Counted from the first letter of the stretch, positions 7,973 through 18,849 are shown. The stretch: DNA of 32,000 nucleotides from Blochmannia endosymbiont of Camponotus nipponensis (GCF_009827135.1 NZ_CP046534.1:690001-722000); one strand, 5' to 3'. A program made the numbers and translations. The notes: generated from the letters alone by a model not told the origin.

Positions 7973-8896
7973 TTAGTATAAAGAAGATTCCCCAGGAGGT
8001 CGGGTCTTGAATCGACGGTGTAACCACATGTATTGATCAGGAGCTAATAAAATTACTTGTTCTATCATTTTATTAATGTGTTTGATCATATCGATATTTG
8101 TTTCTAAAGGTATTTCATCTTGTTTATTAGGTAGAATTAACAATTCATATCCGTGAACGTTAGGTAATCTGCGTGCCACAAAAGGAACAATGGCAGGTTT
8201 AGCTATTTTTGTAAGTATATAGGTTCCGATGGTACTTGCTGCATTTGAAACTGCAAATAAGGGAACAAACACGCTGTTTTTATATCCATAATCATGATCT
8301 GGTGCATACCAAACAATTTCACCCTGTTTTAAAGCTTTAATTATACCTTTGGTGTTAGCACGATCTAACATTTTTTTGTTAGATCTTAAGCGTCCTTTGG
8401 TTTGTAACCAATCCAATAATGGATTATTGTTAGGACGATAGACGCCAATGCCTGGATTTAACATTCCTAAAATTCGAGCTCCTAACTCTAAAGTTAAAAA
8501 ATGCATTCCAATCAGCAATACGCCTTTATTTTTTTTGTGTGCTTGAGTTATATTTTTTAATCCATTGATTTTAAACCAGCGTTTAATTCTGTGCTCTGAC
8601 CAAAACCAGGCCATGCCAGTTTCAAATATTCCCATACCTATCGATTCACAATTTTTATTAAATAAATCTTGTTGTTCTTGGATCGGTAAGTTAGGAAAGC
8701 AGAGTTCTAAATTTCTCCGAATAATACGCATACGACGTAACATAAAATATTTTGTAACACGACCAATTCTAGTACCAAGATAATATATGATAGGATAAGG
8801 AAGTAATACTAAAACATATAATACTCCTATACCCAGCCAAATTAACCAAAATCGTGGATGTAAGAAAGAATAATTAAAAATTGGAAGTTTTTTCAT
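7973..8896 (-). CDS. lpxL: Lipid A biosynthesis lauroyltransferase (late acyltransferase)
   Basis: MKKLPIFNYSFLHPRFWLIWLGIGVL.. matches E. coli LpxL/HtrB (..[20 protein letters not shown]..). Other matches are HFLTLELGAR, GVYRPNNNPLLDWLQT.GRLRSNK, VWYAPDHDYG and QYMWLHRRFKTRP. It is clearly LpxL-like rather than LpxM-like. Start set at ATG (complement 8894-8896); the track start is a TTG two codons upstream. Confidence 0.95.
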   Translation of the reverse strand: MKKLPIFNYSFLHPRFWLIWLGIGVLYVLVLLPYPIIYYLGTRIGRVTKYFMLRRMRIIRRNLELCFPNLPIQEQQDLFNKNCESIGMGIFETGMAWFWSEHRIKRWFKINGLKNITQAHKKNKGVLLIGMHFLTLELGARILGMLNPGIGVYRPNNNPLLDWLQTKGRLRSNKKMLDRANTKGIIKALKQGEIVWYAPDHDYGYKNSVFVPLFAVSNAASTIGTYILTKIAKPAIVPFVARRLPNVHGYELLILPNKQDEIPLETNIDMIKHINKMIEQVILLAPDQYMWLHRRFKTRPPGESSLY

Positions 8897-9356
8897 GTTC
8901 AATCAACATCATATCCAATGACATATAGAAATATGTAATAGTATATTTACAAAAATCATCATCGTTTCCCTGATTTTATAAGGGATCTATTTTTATTAAA
9001 TTGCACACATTTTCAAGTGTAACATATATTAAGTTATTTAGATAATTTTACAGTTAATAAAATTTCAATAATTAGTGATATAAATCTATTGATTTAAAAG
9101 CATATTTATACTGGATAGATTATATTTTTTATAGAATGATAATATTCGATAATTCATATATATCGTATAGTTCATTTTTTTTGAAAAATTAAACTAGATT
9201 TTTTAATTTGGATTATGTATAAACTCATGGAAGGTTTCTGCGCGTAACAAGCTTTTGAAAATTATTTCAGGTGTTGTGTCGTCTTTATTTCAAAATATTA
9301 TTATGTTGACTTCAAAGTAATTTTGTTTCGATGTTGCTGTAATTGGTTTTTGCGAT

Positions 9357-11897
9357 TTATATAAAATAACGAGAAGATCGACGTAACCGATGGATACATT
9401 GTGTACGATTGTTCTTGTCTTGGGAGTATATGTTATTGCTATTATATTTAGTAACATTACGGTTACTATGTGAATAGTGTATAATGTTATTATTGATATT
9501 TTTTGGAATATGTAGATCACTTGGTTGTATGTCTGAAACATTAGTATTTTTAGAATTGTTGATAGAATGAGAGTTTACTGCAGTGATAGTGATTTTTTTT
9601 TCAAAAATATGAGAATCTGATATATTATATATTCTGTAGAGATGGAGATATAGAAATTCTACTGATTCTTTGTTTATTTTTACCAAAAGGTTATGTTTAG
9701 ATTGATGATCCTTTAGTCGTATCCAAAATGTCAGATGACATATCTTATTTAAGTGTTTACATATAACGCGGTATTTGTATTTTGTATTATATTTTTGTAT
9801 AGATGTTTTTTTTATTGTTTTTTTAATATATTGTGTTTGATTAGTATAACAAGGAGTAGATATAACTTGATCAATATTTTCAATAAATTTTGATATAGAT
9901 ACAGTGGTATTTTTATCTTCATTAAAACAATCTGTTATTTTTTTATAGTTGTTGCAGTTAGCTTGATTTTTTATGTCATGGTTGTGATTTTTTTTATCAA
10001 TATTGTTGTCTTTAGGACAACAATATTGATATAACTGAGTATCATGGTGTAAGTGTTGAGATAGTCTGTTTTTATGTGTAATTGCAATATATATCCAATT
10101 GGTATGTTTTTTAATTATGTTGGATAGTCTCTTTTCTAAGTGAGTATAATTATCCATGCACACACTAAGCAATTTAGACCAATAATTTGTTGCTTTGTCA
10201 AACCATGAAATTTCTTGTTTTGTTTTAGATTGTAATTTGTAATTTGTATAATGATAAATGTTATTATGATTAGATATTGAATTTAATAAAACGATTGTGT
10301 TTGATTGTGATGTTTCTGAAGCATATGTGTAATTTGAAGAAATTATTTCTCCTGATGATTGGATTATTTCATGATTTTGATTTGTTGCTAATAAGTAGCT
10401 TGGTTTATTGTTTATTTCTCCTTTGCGTATGCGTCGAACCTCGTAATTTGGAGTTTTCATTTGTTCATAAGGTACTATGACGGCACGTACTCCTCTGTGA
10501 CGTTGTTCTATATCGCTAATAGCTTTTCTTTTTTCATTAAGTAAGTATGAGGCGATAGCTACGGGAACAATTGCATGTACTTCGTGAGTATTATCTTTTA
10601 GTGCCTCTTCTTCAATTAAACGTAAAATGGATAGAGAAAGAGATTCATTATCACGAATACTACCTGTTCCACTGCAACGTGGACAAATATGATGGCTTGA
10701 CTCTCCTAGTGACGTACTTAGTCGTTGTCTAGATAATTCTAATAGACCAAATTTAGAAATACGTCCTATTTGAATGCGAGCACGATCTTGATGTACTGCT
10801 ATTTTTAAATGATTTTCAATATCACGTTGATGGCGAATTGGAGTCATATCTATAAAGTCTATAACAATTAATCCACCTACATCCCGAAGACGTAATTGTC
10901 GTGCTATTTCATCAGTTGCTTCTAAATTGGTGTTAAAAGCTGTATCTTCAATATCTAACCCTTTAGTAGATTTTGAGGAATTAATATCGATTGCTGTTAA
11001 AGCTTCAGTAGTATCGATAACAATAGATCCTCCAGATGGTAAACGTACTTCTCGTTGAAATGCCGATTCTATTTGAGATTCTATTTGATAATGACTAAAT
11101 AAAGGAATGTCACCATTATACAATTTTATTTTTTTGGCAAAATCCGGACGACCTAAAGAAGTGATATGTTCTTTGGCTGAATTCAAAATTTTAGGATTAT
11201 CGATTAAAATTTCTCCTATATCTGGACGTAAATAATCACGAAATGCACGTACGATAACATTACTATCTTGATGTATTAAAAAAGGTGCTAGTTGTTTCTC
11301 TGCGGTATTTTTTATAGTCTCCCAATGTTGTAAGCGAGAAGTTAAATCCCATTCTAATGCTTCAGTAGATTTTCCCAATCCAGCGGTACGAATAATTAAA
11401 CTCATTCCTTCAGGCAATTTTAAAGCAGATAAAGTTTCTTTTAATTCGACTCGATCATTGCCTTCGATCCGTCTTGAGATGCCACCAGCTTTGGAATTAT
11501 TTGTCATGAGTACTAAGTAGCTACCTGCTAAACTGATAAAAGTAGTTAATGCCGCACCTTTATTTCCTCTTTCTTCCTTATCTATTTGTACAATTAGTTC
11601 TTGTCCTTCGCACAAAATTTCTTTAATATTAAATTTATTATAGGAAGAAGATAATGGAGAAAGAAAATATTCATGCGAGATTTCCTTTATAGGAAGGAAT
11701 CCGTGTCGTTCGGCTCCATAGTCTACGAATACTGCTTCTAAACTAGGTTCAATGTGAATAATTTTGCCTTTATAAATATTTGATTTTTTTTGTTCGTGAC
11801 CTATGGTTTCAATATCTAAGTCATATAATCGTTGTCCATCTACTAATGCTACTCGTAATTCTTCTTGTTGAGTAGCGTTAATTAACATTCTTTTCAT
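9357..11897 (-). CDS. rne: Ribonuclease E (conserved catalytic half plus highly divergent C-terminal half)
   Basis: Start at Met9 of the track ORF (complement ATG 11895-11897). The first 29 residues, [30 protein letters not shown], are identical to E. coli RNase E. Homology continues through the S1, 5'-sensor and DNase I-like domains and the Zn-link CPRCSGTG, to about residue 495. The remaining ~350 aa are low complexity. Confidence 0.97.
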   Translation of the reverse strand: MKRMLINATQQEELRVALVDGQRLYDLDIETIGHEQKKSNIYKGKIIHIEPSLEAVFVDYGAERHGFLPIKEISHEYFLSPLSSSYNKFNIKEILCEGQELIVQIDKEERGNKGAALTTFISLAGSYLVLMTNNSKAGGISRRIEGNDRVELKETLSALKLPEGMSLIIRTAGLGKSTEALEWDLTSRLQHWETIKNTAEKQLAPFLIHQDSNVIVRAFRDYLRPDIGEILIDNPKILNSAKEHITSLGRPDFAKKIKLYNGDIPLFSHYQIESQIESAFQREVRLPSGGSIVIDTTEALTAIDINSSKSTKGLDIEDTAFNTNLEATDEIARQLRLRDVGGLIVIDFIDMTPIRHQRDIENHLKIAVHQDRARIQIGRISKFGLLELSRQRLSTSLGESSHHICPRCSGTGSIRDNESLSLSILRLIEEEALKDNTHEVHAIVPVAIASYLLNEKRKAISDIEQRHRGVRAVIVPYEQMKTPNYEVRRIRKGEINNKPSYLLATNQNHEIIQSSGEIISSNYTYASETSQSNTIVLLNSISNHNNIYHYTNYKLQSKTKQEISWFDKATNYWSKLLSVCMDNYTHLEKRLSNIIKKHTNWIYIAITHKNRLSQHLHHDTQLYQYCCPKDNNIDKKNHNHDIKNQANCNNYKKITDCFNEDKNTTVSISKFIENIDQVISTPCYTNQTQYIKKTIKKTSIQKYNTKYKYRVICKHLNKICHLTFWIRLKDHQSKHNLLVKINKESVEFLYLHLYRIYNISDSHIFEKKITITAVNSHSINNSKNTNVSDIQPSDLHIPKNINNNIIHYSHSNRNVTKYNSNNIYSQDKNNRTQCIHRLRRSSRYFI

Positions 11898-12402
11898 TAT
11901 AATTTTTACCAATGTTGACATATTGAAATGTAGATGTATTCATTTGAATATCTAATTATTTCAGTATTCTTTTAGTGTTATGTTGAATAAATTTTCATTT
12001 ATAACTTAAATGTATAATTGTTTTTTCTCTGAAAGTTCCTAGAATTGTTAATAACTACATATTTATGTAAATTATAATATTAGTTATTGATGGAATATTT
12101 TATTCCAGCAGTATTATTACAAATGATGTTTATTATTTTTTGTAATATATCATCTATCAGCAACTTTATTGTAATTATATAAGTTAATAATTGTACTTGA
12201 TACTAAATGAAAAAATAATACTTTATATAAGTATATCTTAATGAAATTACATATGATTAATATAAAATTATTAGTTGTAAGTATTAAATATATTAATGGT
12301 TTTAAAATATTTGTCATTTAGTTAGGCTTAGTTTACTTAAATTATATTTTCTATTATCTTTGTCATTATATTGGAACAATTATCTAATTGCCATGGTTTC
12401 TT

Positions 12403-13404
12403 ATGAAAGAACATAATACTCAAATACATTTAATTAGAATTTCTTCAAATTTTTCTGGTCAAAGGATTGATAATTTTTTATATACCTATTTAAAAGTAGT
12501 CCCTAAATCTATGATTTATAGAATTATACGAACTGGTGCAATACGTGTTAATAAAAAAAGAATCCAATTTCAATATAAGTTACAAGTAGGAGATGTGTTA
12601 AGAATTCCTCCAGTAAAGGGAATAAAAGTAAATAGATTTAATACGAAATATATGAAGGAAATTGCATTTTTAGAAAAAATCATAATTCATGAAGATGATT
12701 ATTTGTTAGCACTGAATAAGCCGACTGGTATTGCTGTACATGGAGGAAGTGGTCTTAAATTTGGTGTTATTGAAGGATTACGAGCACTGCGTCCTAAAGC
12801 ACAGTTTTTAGAATTAGTTCATCGTTTAGATCGAGATACTTCTGGTGTGCTGTTAGTGGCTAAAAAACGTACTGTTTTAGTGCAATTACATGAACAATTA
12901 CGTCTAAAAAATATGAAAAAAGAATATTTGGCTTTAGTACATGGAGTATGGAATGCAAATATACAAATAGTATCTGTGCCATTGTTAAAAAAGAATATTT
13001 CGTTGTATGACAATAGAACTATTTATATAGATTCAGATAAGGGAAAATTTTCTACGACTTATTTTTACATTAAAGAACGATTTGCTAACATAGCAACCTT
13101 GCTTACAATTAAACCTATCACCGGGCGTACACATCAGATTAGAGTGCATACTCAGCATGCTAGTCATCCTATTATAGGAGACGATGTATATGGTGATGAT
13201 CAAGTTAATGTTCAATTTAAACAATTTGGATTTAATCGATTGTTTTTACATGCTTACATGTTATGTTTTACACACCCAAATACAAGAAAAAAATTCCATA
13301 TATATGCACCGTTGGGACAGTCATTTTATAATTGCTTATTTTTTTTAAGAAATTTAATTATAAATAACTATAATGGTGCATTAGAGTATATGAGAAAAAT
13401 GTAG
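12403..13404 (+). CDS. rluC: 23S rRNA pseudouridine synthase RluC (RluA family with S4 domain)
   Basis: Start at ATG 12403 (MKEHNTQIHLIRISSNFSGQRIDNFL versus E. coli MKTETPSVKIVAITADEAGQRIDNFL). Matches include VPKSMIYRI.R.G..RVNKKR, FGVIEGLRALRP.A.FLELVHRLDRDTSGVLLVAKKR (catalytic Asp) and TGRTHQIRVHTQ. It is divergent from rne as in E. coli. Confidence 0.93.
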   Translation: MKEHNTQIHLIRISSNFSGQRIDNFLYTYLKVVPKSMIYRIIRTGAIRVNKKRIQFQYKLQVGDVLRIPPVKGIKVNRFNTKYMKEIAFLEKIIIHEDDYLLALNKPTGIAVHGGSGLKFGVIEGLRALRPKAQFLELVHRLDRDTSGVLLVAKKRTVLVQLHEQLRLKNMKKEYLALVHGVWNANIQIVSVPLLKKNISLYDNRTIYIDSDKGKFSTTYFYIKERFANIATLLTIKPITGRTHQIRVHTQHASHPIIGDDVYGDDQVNVQFKQFGFNRLFLHAYMLCFTHPNTRKKFHIYAPLGQSFYNCLFFLRNLIINNYNGALEYMRKM

Positions 13405-14410
13405 ATAATAGAGATAAAAAATAATAACAATGATTATTGTTAGTTGTTAATCATTAATTTAACAAAAAAATTTGATCGCTAATATTAGAATGCTCAAAGA
13501 AGAATATTATTATTGATGTAGTTTTTATAATCTTGACAAGATTAATATCTTGTTTACAAAAATAATAAATGTATAAAATTTTCATTTTTTAAAACAGTTT
13601 CGGTATTATTAATTGTTTAATAAAAAAAGATGATGAATTAAGAGGTTAATTTATTGTCTGTTTTTGATATAATGAATATTATCATGACATAATAGAGTTG
13701 AGATGCATTAGAAAATCAGTGTATTGTATAAAATGAAATTATTTGAATAATATCTAGATAGTTTTGTATTATAAAATAAAATTTAATTGATCGTTTTAGT
13801 GAATTATGAAGTATATTTATAATACTCTAATCATAAATGACATTTAATGTTAAGAACGTAATTGTATAAATGTTAGTGATTATGCTCATATATGTAATAA
13901 ATTTGATTTTTTTAAATATGTTATCTGATTTTTATTGAATTATGTCTTAATAGTTGGTATTAAAAATATTGGTTATTGATGCTTTTTGGTGTAATTTTTT
14001 ATTGTCGTGAGAAAATTGGTAAGTGCATAAGATTAAGACAAGAGAATAAGTGCTATGATAAAATATTATCAATTTAAGATAAACTGATTCTTTATATAGT
14101 TTATATATGAGTATATAGTGAATGTAGTTATTACATACGGTTATATTTTTTTTGAATAACATTAAGAATGTTATGTAATAACGCAAAGAAGTAGTATAAA
14201 TCAATGAAAATATTATGTTTGTAAGTGATAGAAAATAAATCTAATATTTTTTGATAAAATAATGTTTTCAATGAAAAATAAAAAATATTATTAATTTGAG
14301 AAGTTATATTAAGTGTAAATTAAATAAACGAGCATTTTAATCATTTAGTTAATTTGATAAGAATTATACTGGATATTCGGAGAACAAATAATACTATAAA
14401 AAATATATTA

Positions 14411-14417
14411 AAAGGAG
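14411..14417 (+). promoter_or_regulatory. Shine-Dalgarno AAAGGAG of rpmF
   Basis: aaaggag at 14411-14417, 8 nt upstream of ATG 14426. Confidence 0.7.
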
Positions 14418-14425
14418 AATATAGC

Positions 14426-14596
14426 ATGGCCGTACAGCAAAATAAGTCTACTCGTTCTACAAGAGGAATGCGTCGTGCTCATCATGCACTGCGCCTAACT
14501 ACTATATCAATAGATCGAATATCTGGAGAAACACACCGAAGGCATTGTATTACTTTTGATGGCTTTTATCGCGGACGAAAAATGATTGAGAAGTAA
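14426..14596 (+). CDS. rpmF: 50S ribosomal protein L32
   Basis: [22 protein letters not shown]...[12 protein letters not shown] versus E. coli [22 protein letters not shown]...DGYYRGRKVIAK. The track ORF is trimmed by 24 codons to the SD-preceded ATG. Confidence 0.97.
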   Translation: MAVQQNKSTRSTRGMRRAHHALRLTTISIDRISGETHRRHCITFDGFYRGRKMIEK

Positions 14597-14599
14597 TTT

Positions 14600-15658
14600 T
14601 TGAAAAACGATATACAATCGCAGAATTTAGTGCTTGCATTGGATGCGATGGGTGGAGATTTTGGTCCAGTTGTAACAGTACCTGCTTCTTTACAGGCATT
14701 ATCTTTATACCCAAAACTCGAATTGTTGCTTGTTGGAGACTCTGATGTCATTTCACCTCTTTTAGAGACATCAAAATCTGTATGTCTAGATAGATTAACT
14801 GTTGTTCCAGCAAAAGCGGTAATTAGAGGGGATGTTAGACTTGCTCAGGCTATTAGAGCAAGTCGAGGCACTTCGATGCGTGTAGCTTTAGAACTTATTC
14901 AATCCGGACGCGCTCAAGCTTGCGTTAGCGCAGGAAATACGGGCGTTCTCATGGGTTTATCTAAATTAGTACTCAAGTCCATAAATGGTATTGTACGCCC
15001 TGCTTTAACAACGTTGCTACCACATCAAAAACAGGGAAAAACTGTTATATTAGATTTAGGAGCTAATATTTCATGTGATGGTGCAATGTTAGTACAATTT
15101 GCAATCATGGGTTCGGTATTGTCAGAACAAATTTTAGGTATAAGTAATCCAAGAGTAGCATTATTAAACATTGGATCAGAAGAAACTAAAGGTTTAGATA
15201 ACATTCGTAGTGCTTCAGAGATATTACATACTATTTCATCAATTCATTATGTTGGTTACATTGAGGCGAATGATTTATTAATGGGAAAAACAGATGTCTT
15301 AGTTTGTGATGGGTTTATTGGCAATATTACCTTAAAAACCATGGAAGGAGTTATGAGAGTAATTCTGTCGATATTACAATCATCATCAGGGCAAAGAAAT
15401 AAATTTAATTGGATGATGAAAAGTATTAATTTTTGGATAAGTAAATATTTATTTAATCAACTCAATCAATTCAATCCAGATTGGTATAATGGAGCTCATT
15501 TGGTAGGTTTACGTAGTACGGTAATAAAAAGCCATGGCGCAGCTAATCAACGTGCATTTACTGCTGCTATTATACAGGCGATTCGTGCTGTGGAACGAAA
15601 AGTGCCAGAAAAAATTTCTAATCGATTAAGTGTAGTGTTATCTAAAAATAATAATTGA
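14600..15658 (+). CDS. plsX: Phosphate acyltransferase PlsX
   Basis: [28 protein letters not shown]...[50 protein letters not shown] and [13 protein letters not shown] all match E. coli PlsX. There is no in-frame ATG before the conserved MGGD motif, so the start must be TTG 14600 (3 nt after the rpmF stop) or GTG 14630. Confidence 0.93.
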   Translation: MKNDIQSQNLVLALDAMGGDFGPVVTVPASLQALSLYPKLELLLVGDSDVISPLLETSKSVCLDRLTVVPAKAVIRGDVRLAQAIRASRGTSMRVALELIQSGRAQACVSAGNTGVLMGLSKLVLKSINGIVRPALTTLLPHQKQGKTVILDLGANISCDGAMLVQFAIMGSVLSEQILGISNPRVALLNIGSEETKGLDNIRSASEILHTISSIHYVGYIEANDLLMGKTDVLVCDGFIGNITLKTMEGVMRVILSILQSSSGQRNKFNWMMKSINFWISKYLFNQLNQFNPDWYNGAHLVGLRSTVIKSHGAANQRAFTAAIIQAIRAVERKVPEKISNRLSVVLSKNNN

Positions 15659-15664
15659 ATATCC

Positions 15665-16618
15665 ATGTTTACTAGAATCCTTGGCACTGGGAGTTATTTG
15701 CCTCAACAAATCAGATCTAATCTTGTTTTAGAAAAAATGGTAAATACATCGCATGAATGGATTGTTGCTCGCACTGGTATTCAAGAACGTCGCATTTCTA
15801 ATTCTGATGAAACTGTTGCAAAAATGGGTTATTTTGCTGCTAAACAAGCTTTAGATATGTCTTGTCTACGTGCTGACAAAATAGGTATTATTATTGTTGC
15901 TACTACATCTTCTAGTCATGCATTTCCTAGTTCAGCATGTCAAATTCAACGCGACTTATGCATACAAGATACTATTGCGTTCGATTTATCAGCAGCTTGT
16001 TCTGGGTTTGTTTATGCATTGGGTGTAGCGGATCAATATATTAAAAATGGAAGTGTAGATTATGCTTTAGTTATAGGTTCAGATACATTAAGTCATACTT
16101 TAGATCCTAGAGATCGTGAAACATTGATTTTATTTGGTGATGGAGCAGGCGCAGTAATACTCGGTCGTTCAAAAACACCAGGTATTATTTCTACTCATTT
16201 ACATGCAGATGGACATCATGGAGATTTGTTGACTCTTCCTCATTGTAACAGGCAGTATCCTGCTGTATCTAATTATTTAACAATGTCTGGCAATAAAGTA
16301 TTTAAAATCGCTGTTTCTGTTTTAGCGCGTGTTATAGATGAAACACTGCATGTTAACAATGTACACCAAGATGAATTAGATTGGTTAGTACCTCATCAAG
16401 CTAATTTGAGAATTATTTCCGCTACCGCTAAACGATTAGATATGGATATGAGAAAAGTAGTAATTACTCTTGATAGACATGGAAATACATCTGCAGCTTC
16501 TGTTCCTTTAGCGTTAGATGAAGCAGTACGCGATGGTCGTATTAAATCAGATCAATTGGTATTACTGGAATCATTTGGAGCTGGATTTACCTGGGGTTCA
16601 GTATTATTACGATTTTAA
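15665..16618 (+). CDS. fabH: 3-oxoacyl-ACP synthase III
   Basis: 317 aa, the same length as E. coli FabH. Matches: GTGSYLP, EWIV.RTGI.ER, catalytic Cys context [22 protein letters not shown] and [12 protein letters not shown]. Confidence 0.97.
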   Translation: MFTRILGTGSYLPQQIRSNLVLEKMVNTSHEWIVARTGIQERRISNSDETVAKMGYFAAKQALDMSCLRADKIGIIIVATTSSSHAFPSSACQIQRDLCIQDTIAFDLSAACSGFVYALGVADQYIKNGSVDYALVIGSDTLSHTLDPRDRETLILFGDGAGAVILGRSKTPGIISTHLHADGHHGDLLTLPHCNRQYPAVSNYLTMSGNKVFKIAVSVLARVIDETLHVNNVHQDELDWLVPHQANLRIISATAKRLDMDMRKVVITLDRHGNTSAASVPLALDEAVRDGRIKSDQLVLLESFGAGFTWGSVLLRF

Positions 16619-16641
16619 TTATAAAGGGAGTATTAAATATT

Positions 16642-17586
16642 ATGAATAATAATAAATTAGCTGTAATATTTCCAGGACAAGCGGCTCAGCGAGTAGGCAT
16701 GCTAAAAACTCTTGCCAAACATTATTCATTAGTAGAAGAGACTTTTGCTGAAGTATCGGAGATTTTAGGTTATGATATATGGAAATTGATACAGTGCGGA
16801 CCTTCTGAGGAATTAAACAAAACCTATCGATCACAACCAGCTATTTTGACGGCATCAGTGGCTATTTGGAGAATATGGAAACAACAGGGAGGTTGTATGC
16901 CAAGGATAATGGCGGGTCATAGTTTAGGCGAGTATTCTGCTTTAGTATGCTCGGAGAGCATGGATTTGTACTCTGCAGCTAAATTAGTAATGATACGTGG
17001 TATGCTAATGCAAGAAGTAACACCATATGGGTACGGAGCTATGTCTGTAATCATTGGACTTAATGATGATATGGTTTTTAAATGTTGTAGGTCTGCACAA
17101 AAAGATCAAATTGTTTCTCCTGCTGGTTTTAATGCCCCTGGACATATAGTTATTTCTGGGCATAAAGAAGCAGTAAATCGTGTCAATTTGTGTTGTAAAA
17201 ATGCAGGAGCAAAACATATATTTATGTTGCCGATTAGTGTTCCATCGCATTGTGCGTTAATGAAACCAATGGTTGAAAAATTCAGAAAAGCATTAGAACA
17301 AATAGTTATTACTACTCCTAATATACCAGTAGTGAATAATACTGATGTGTGTATTGAGCGAGAGCCCAAAGCTATTCGTAGTGCATTAATGAGGCAACTG
17401 TATACTCCAGTGCGTTGGCGTGAAATTGTGCAATATTGTGTTCATCAAAAAATTAAGAGATTTTTAGAAATGGGTCCTGGAACAATATTAACCGGATTGG
17501 TACGCAACACCGTTGACAATGCGTTTGTTTTATCAATAAACGATCCTATTTCTTTTGCAGAAGCGATGAAAGTTAATTGGAGTTAA
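16642..17586 (+). CDS. fabD: Malonyl CoA-ACP transacylase
   Basis: FPGQ..Q.VGML, the active-site GHSLGEYSALVC, VSVPSHCALMKP and RQLY.PV.W. AAGGGAG lies upstream (16623-16629). Confidence 0.96.
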   Translation: MNNNKLAVIFPGQAAQRVGMLKTLAKHYSLVEETFAEVSEILGYDIWKLIQCGPSEELNKTYRSQPAILTASVAIWRIWKQQGGCMPRIMAGHSLGEYSALVCSESMDLYSAAKLVMIRGMLMQEVTPYGYGAMSVIIGLNDDMVFKCCRSAQKDQIVSPAGFNAPGHIVISGHKEAVNRVNLCCKNAGAKHIFMLPISVPSHCALMKPMVEKFRKALEQIVITTPNIPVVNNTDVCIEREPKAIRSALMRQLYTPVRWREIVQYCVHQKIKRFLEMGPGTILTGLVRNTVDNAFVLSINDPISFAEAMKVNWS

Positions 17587-17613
17587 TTTATTCATGTCAG
17601 GAGTATATGTAGG

Positions 17614-18348
17614 ATGAATTTTAATAAAAAGATTGTTTTAGTAACTGGTGCTCGCCGTGGTATTGGTCGTGCTATTATAGAAATGTTTGCACTGTATGGA
17701 GCTACTGTAATAGGAACTGCAACTAGCGCGTTAGGTGTTAAAGATATTGATAGGTATGTAGGAAATCAAGGAAAAGGAATCCAATTAAATGTTAGTGACA
17801 AACATTCTATTGATATTTTTTTAGACAAGATGCAACAAGAATTTGGTAATGTTGATATTTTGGTAAATAACGCTGGTATAGTTCAGGATAGTATTTTGTT
17901 ATACATGAAAGATGATGAATGGCAGTCTGTTATTGATGTAAATTTAACCGCTGTGTACCGCATGTCTAAAGTGGTAATAAAATCGATGATAAAAAAACAT
18001 TATGGTAGAATTATTAATATTGGATCTGTAGTTGGTGTTATGGGTAATGCTGGTCAAGTGAATTATTCGGCTGCTAAGTCAGGATTAATTGGGTTTACAA
18101 AGTCTTTAGCGCGGGAAGTTGCTTCTAGAGGTGTTACAGTTAATTTGGTAACACCAGGATTTATTTGCACGGATATGGTTAAAAAATTTACTGATAAACA
18201 AAAAAATCATATTTTGTCACAAATACCAATTAAACGTTTTGGAGATCCAAAAGATGTAGCTTATGCGGTAATGTTTTTTGCTTCTAATCGTGCGGAATAT
18301 ATCACTGGACAAACAATACATGTTAATGGAGGAATGTATATGGGGTAA
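17614..18348 (+). CDS. fabG: 3-oxoacyl-ACP reductase
   Basis: 244 aa as in E. coli. Matches: MNF..KI.LVTGA.RGIGRAI, DILVNNAGI, GRII.IGSVVG.MGN.GQ.NY.AAK.GLIGF.KSLAREVASRG.TVN and ITG.T.HVNGGMYM. Confidence 0.97.
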   Translation: MNFNKKIVLVTGARRGIGRAIIEMFALYGATVIGTATSALGVKDIDRYVGNQGKGIQLNVSDKHSIDIFLDKMQQEFGNVDILVNNAGIVQDSILLYMKDDEWQSVIDVNLTAVYRMSKVVIKSMIKKHYGRIINIGSVVGVMGNAGQVNYSAAKSGLIGFTKSLAREVASRGVTVNLVTPGFICTDMVKKFTDKQKNHILSQIPIKRFGDPKDVAYAVMFFASNRAEYITGQTIHVNGGMYMG

Positions 18349-18491
18349 TCTATATTATGTGCTAGTAGATATTAAATATTTAACAAAATAAAAATGTATT
18401 TTATCCTTATGGCGCGAAAGATAAGAGAAAAGTTGCTGATGTTTTTAAAAATTATTTTGTATAGGTGCATTTTTGATAGGAAAATGAGAAT

Positions 18492-18740
18492 ATGATTACT
18501 ATAGAAGAAAAAGTAAAAACAATTATTGCTGAACAATTAGGAGTAAAAAAAGAAGAAGTTGTGAATCATGCTTCATTTGTTGACGATCTTGGGGCTGATT
18601 CTCTTGATACTGTTGAGTTGGTTATGGCGTTAGAGGAAGAATTTGATACTGAAATTCCAGATGAAGAAGCAGAGAAAATTACAACTGTACAGGCAGCAAT
18701 AGATTTCATCAGTAATAATCACAAAAAAAATAAGAATTAA
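18492..18740 (+). CDS. acpP: Acyl carrier protein
   Basis: [62 protein letters not shown] is nearly identical to E. coli ACP (Ser36 in DSLD). It carries a 4-aa K/N-rich C-terminal extension. Confidence 0.98.
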   Translation: MITIEEKVKTIIAEQLGVKKEEVVNHASFVDDLGADSLDTVELVMALEEEFDTEIPDEEAEKITTVQAAIDFISNNHKKNKN

Positions 18741-18822
18741 TTAATTAATTATAAGGTGTATATTTTTATTTATATTGATATATAAGTAATTTTTCTAGTA
18801 AATTGTATTTATTTATTTATGA

Positions 18823-18849
18823 TTCGATATAGATCGAAGTTGTTTTGTG
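18823..18849 (+). terminator. Weak candidate terminator after acpP
   Basis: ttcgat (18823-18828) / atcgaa (18833-18838), a 6-bp stem with loop atag, followed by the T-rich gttgttttgtg. The stem is short, so support is weak. Confidence 0.3.

Noticed and set aside
9230-9300. A slightly GC-richer patch downstream of rne (ggaaggtttctgcgcgtaacaagc...) as a possible small RNA
   Set aside because: It has only an 8-bp A/T stem with a large loop nearby, no terminator and no recognisable family. It is more likely a residue of a lost gene. I cannot support it as a feature.
13425-13442. A shared hairpin core, aatgattatt, in the stem-loops after rluC (taacaatgattattgtta, about 13425-13442) and in the pabC-tmk spacer (agataatgattattatct, about 20382-20399), as a possible dispersed element
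   Set aside because: Only a 10-mer is shared. By a rough base-composition estimate, one such coincidence is expected by chance in 64 kb of two-strand AT-rich sequence. The flanks do not match.
8565-17369. Other antisense or overlapping track ORFs: 8565..8783, 9290..9541, 10277..10480, 12819..13013, 13033..13224, 14566..14751, 16640..16834, 17005..17250, 17106..17369. Later in the window: 23956..24141, 26342..26557, 26611..26841, 26908..27105
   Set aside because: Each is embedded in, or overlaps, a well-supported conserved gene on the other strand or in another frame (lpxL, rne, rluC, plsX, fabD, lpoB, lolD, lolE). None has a recognisable motif or an SD-preceded start.
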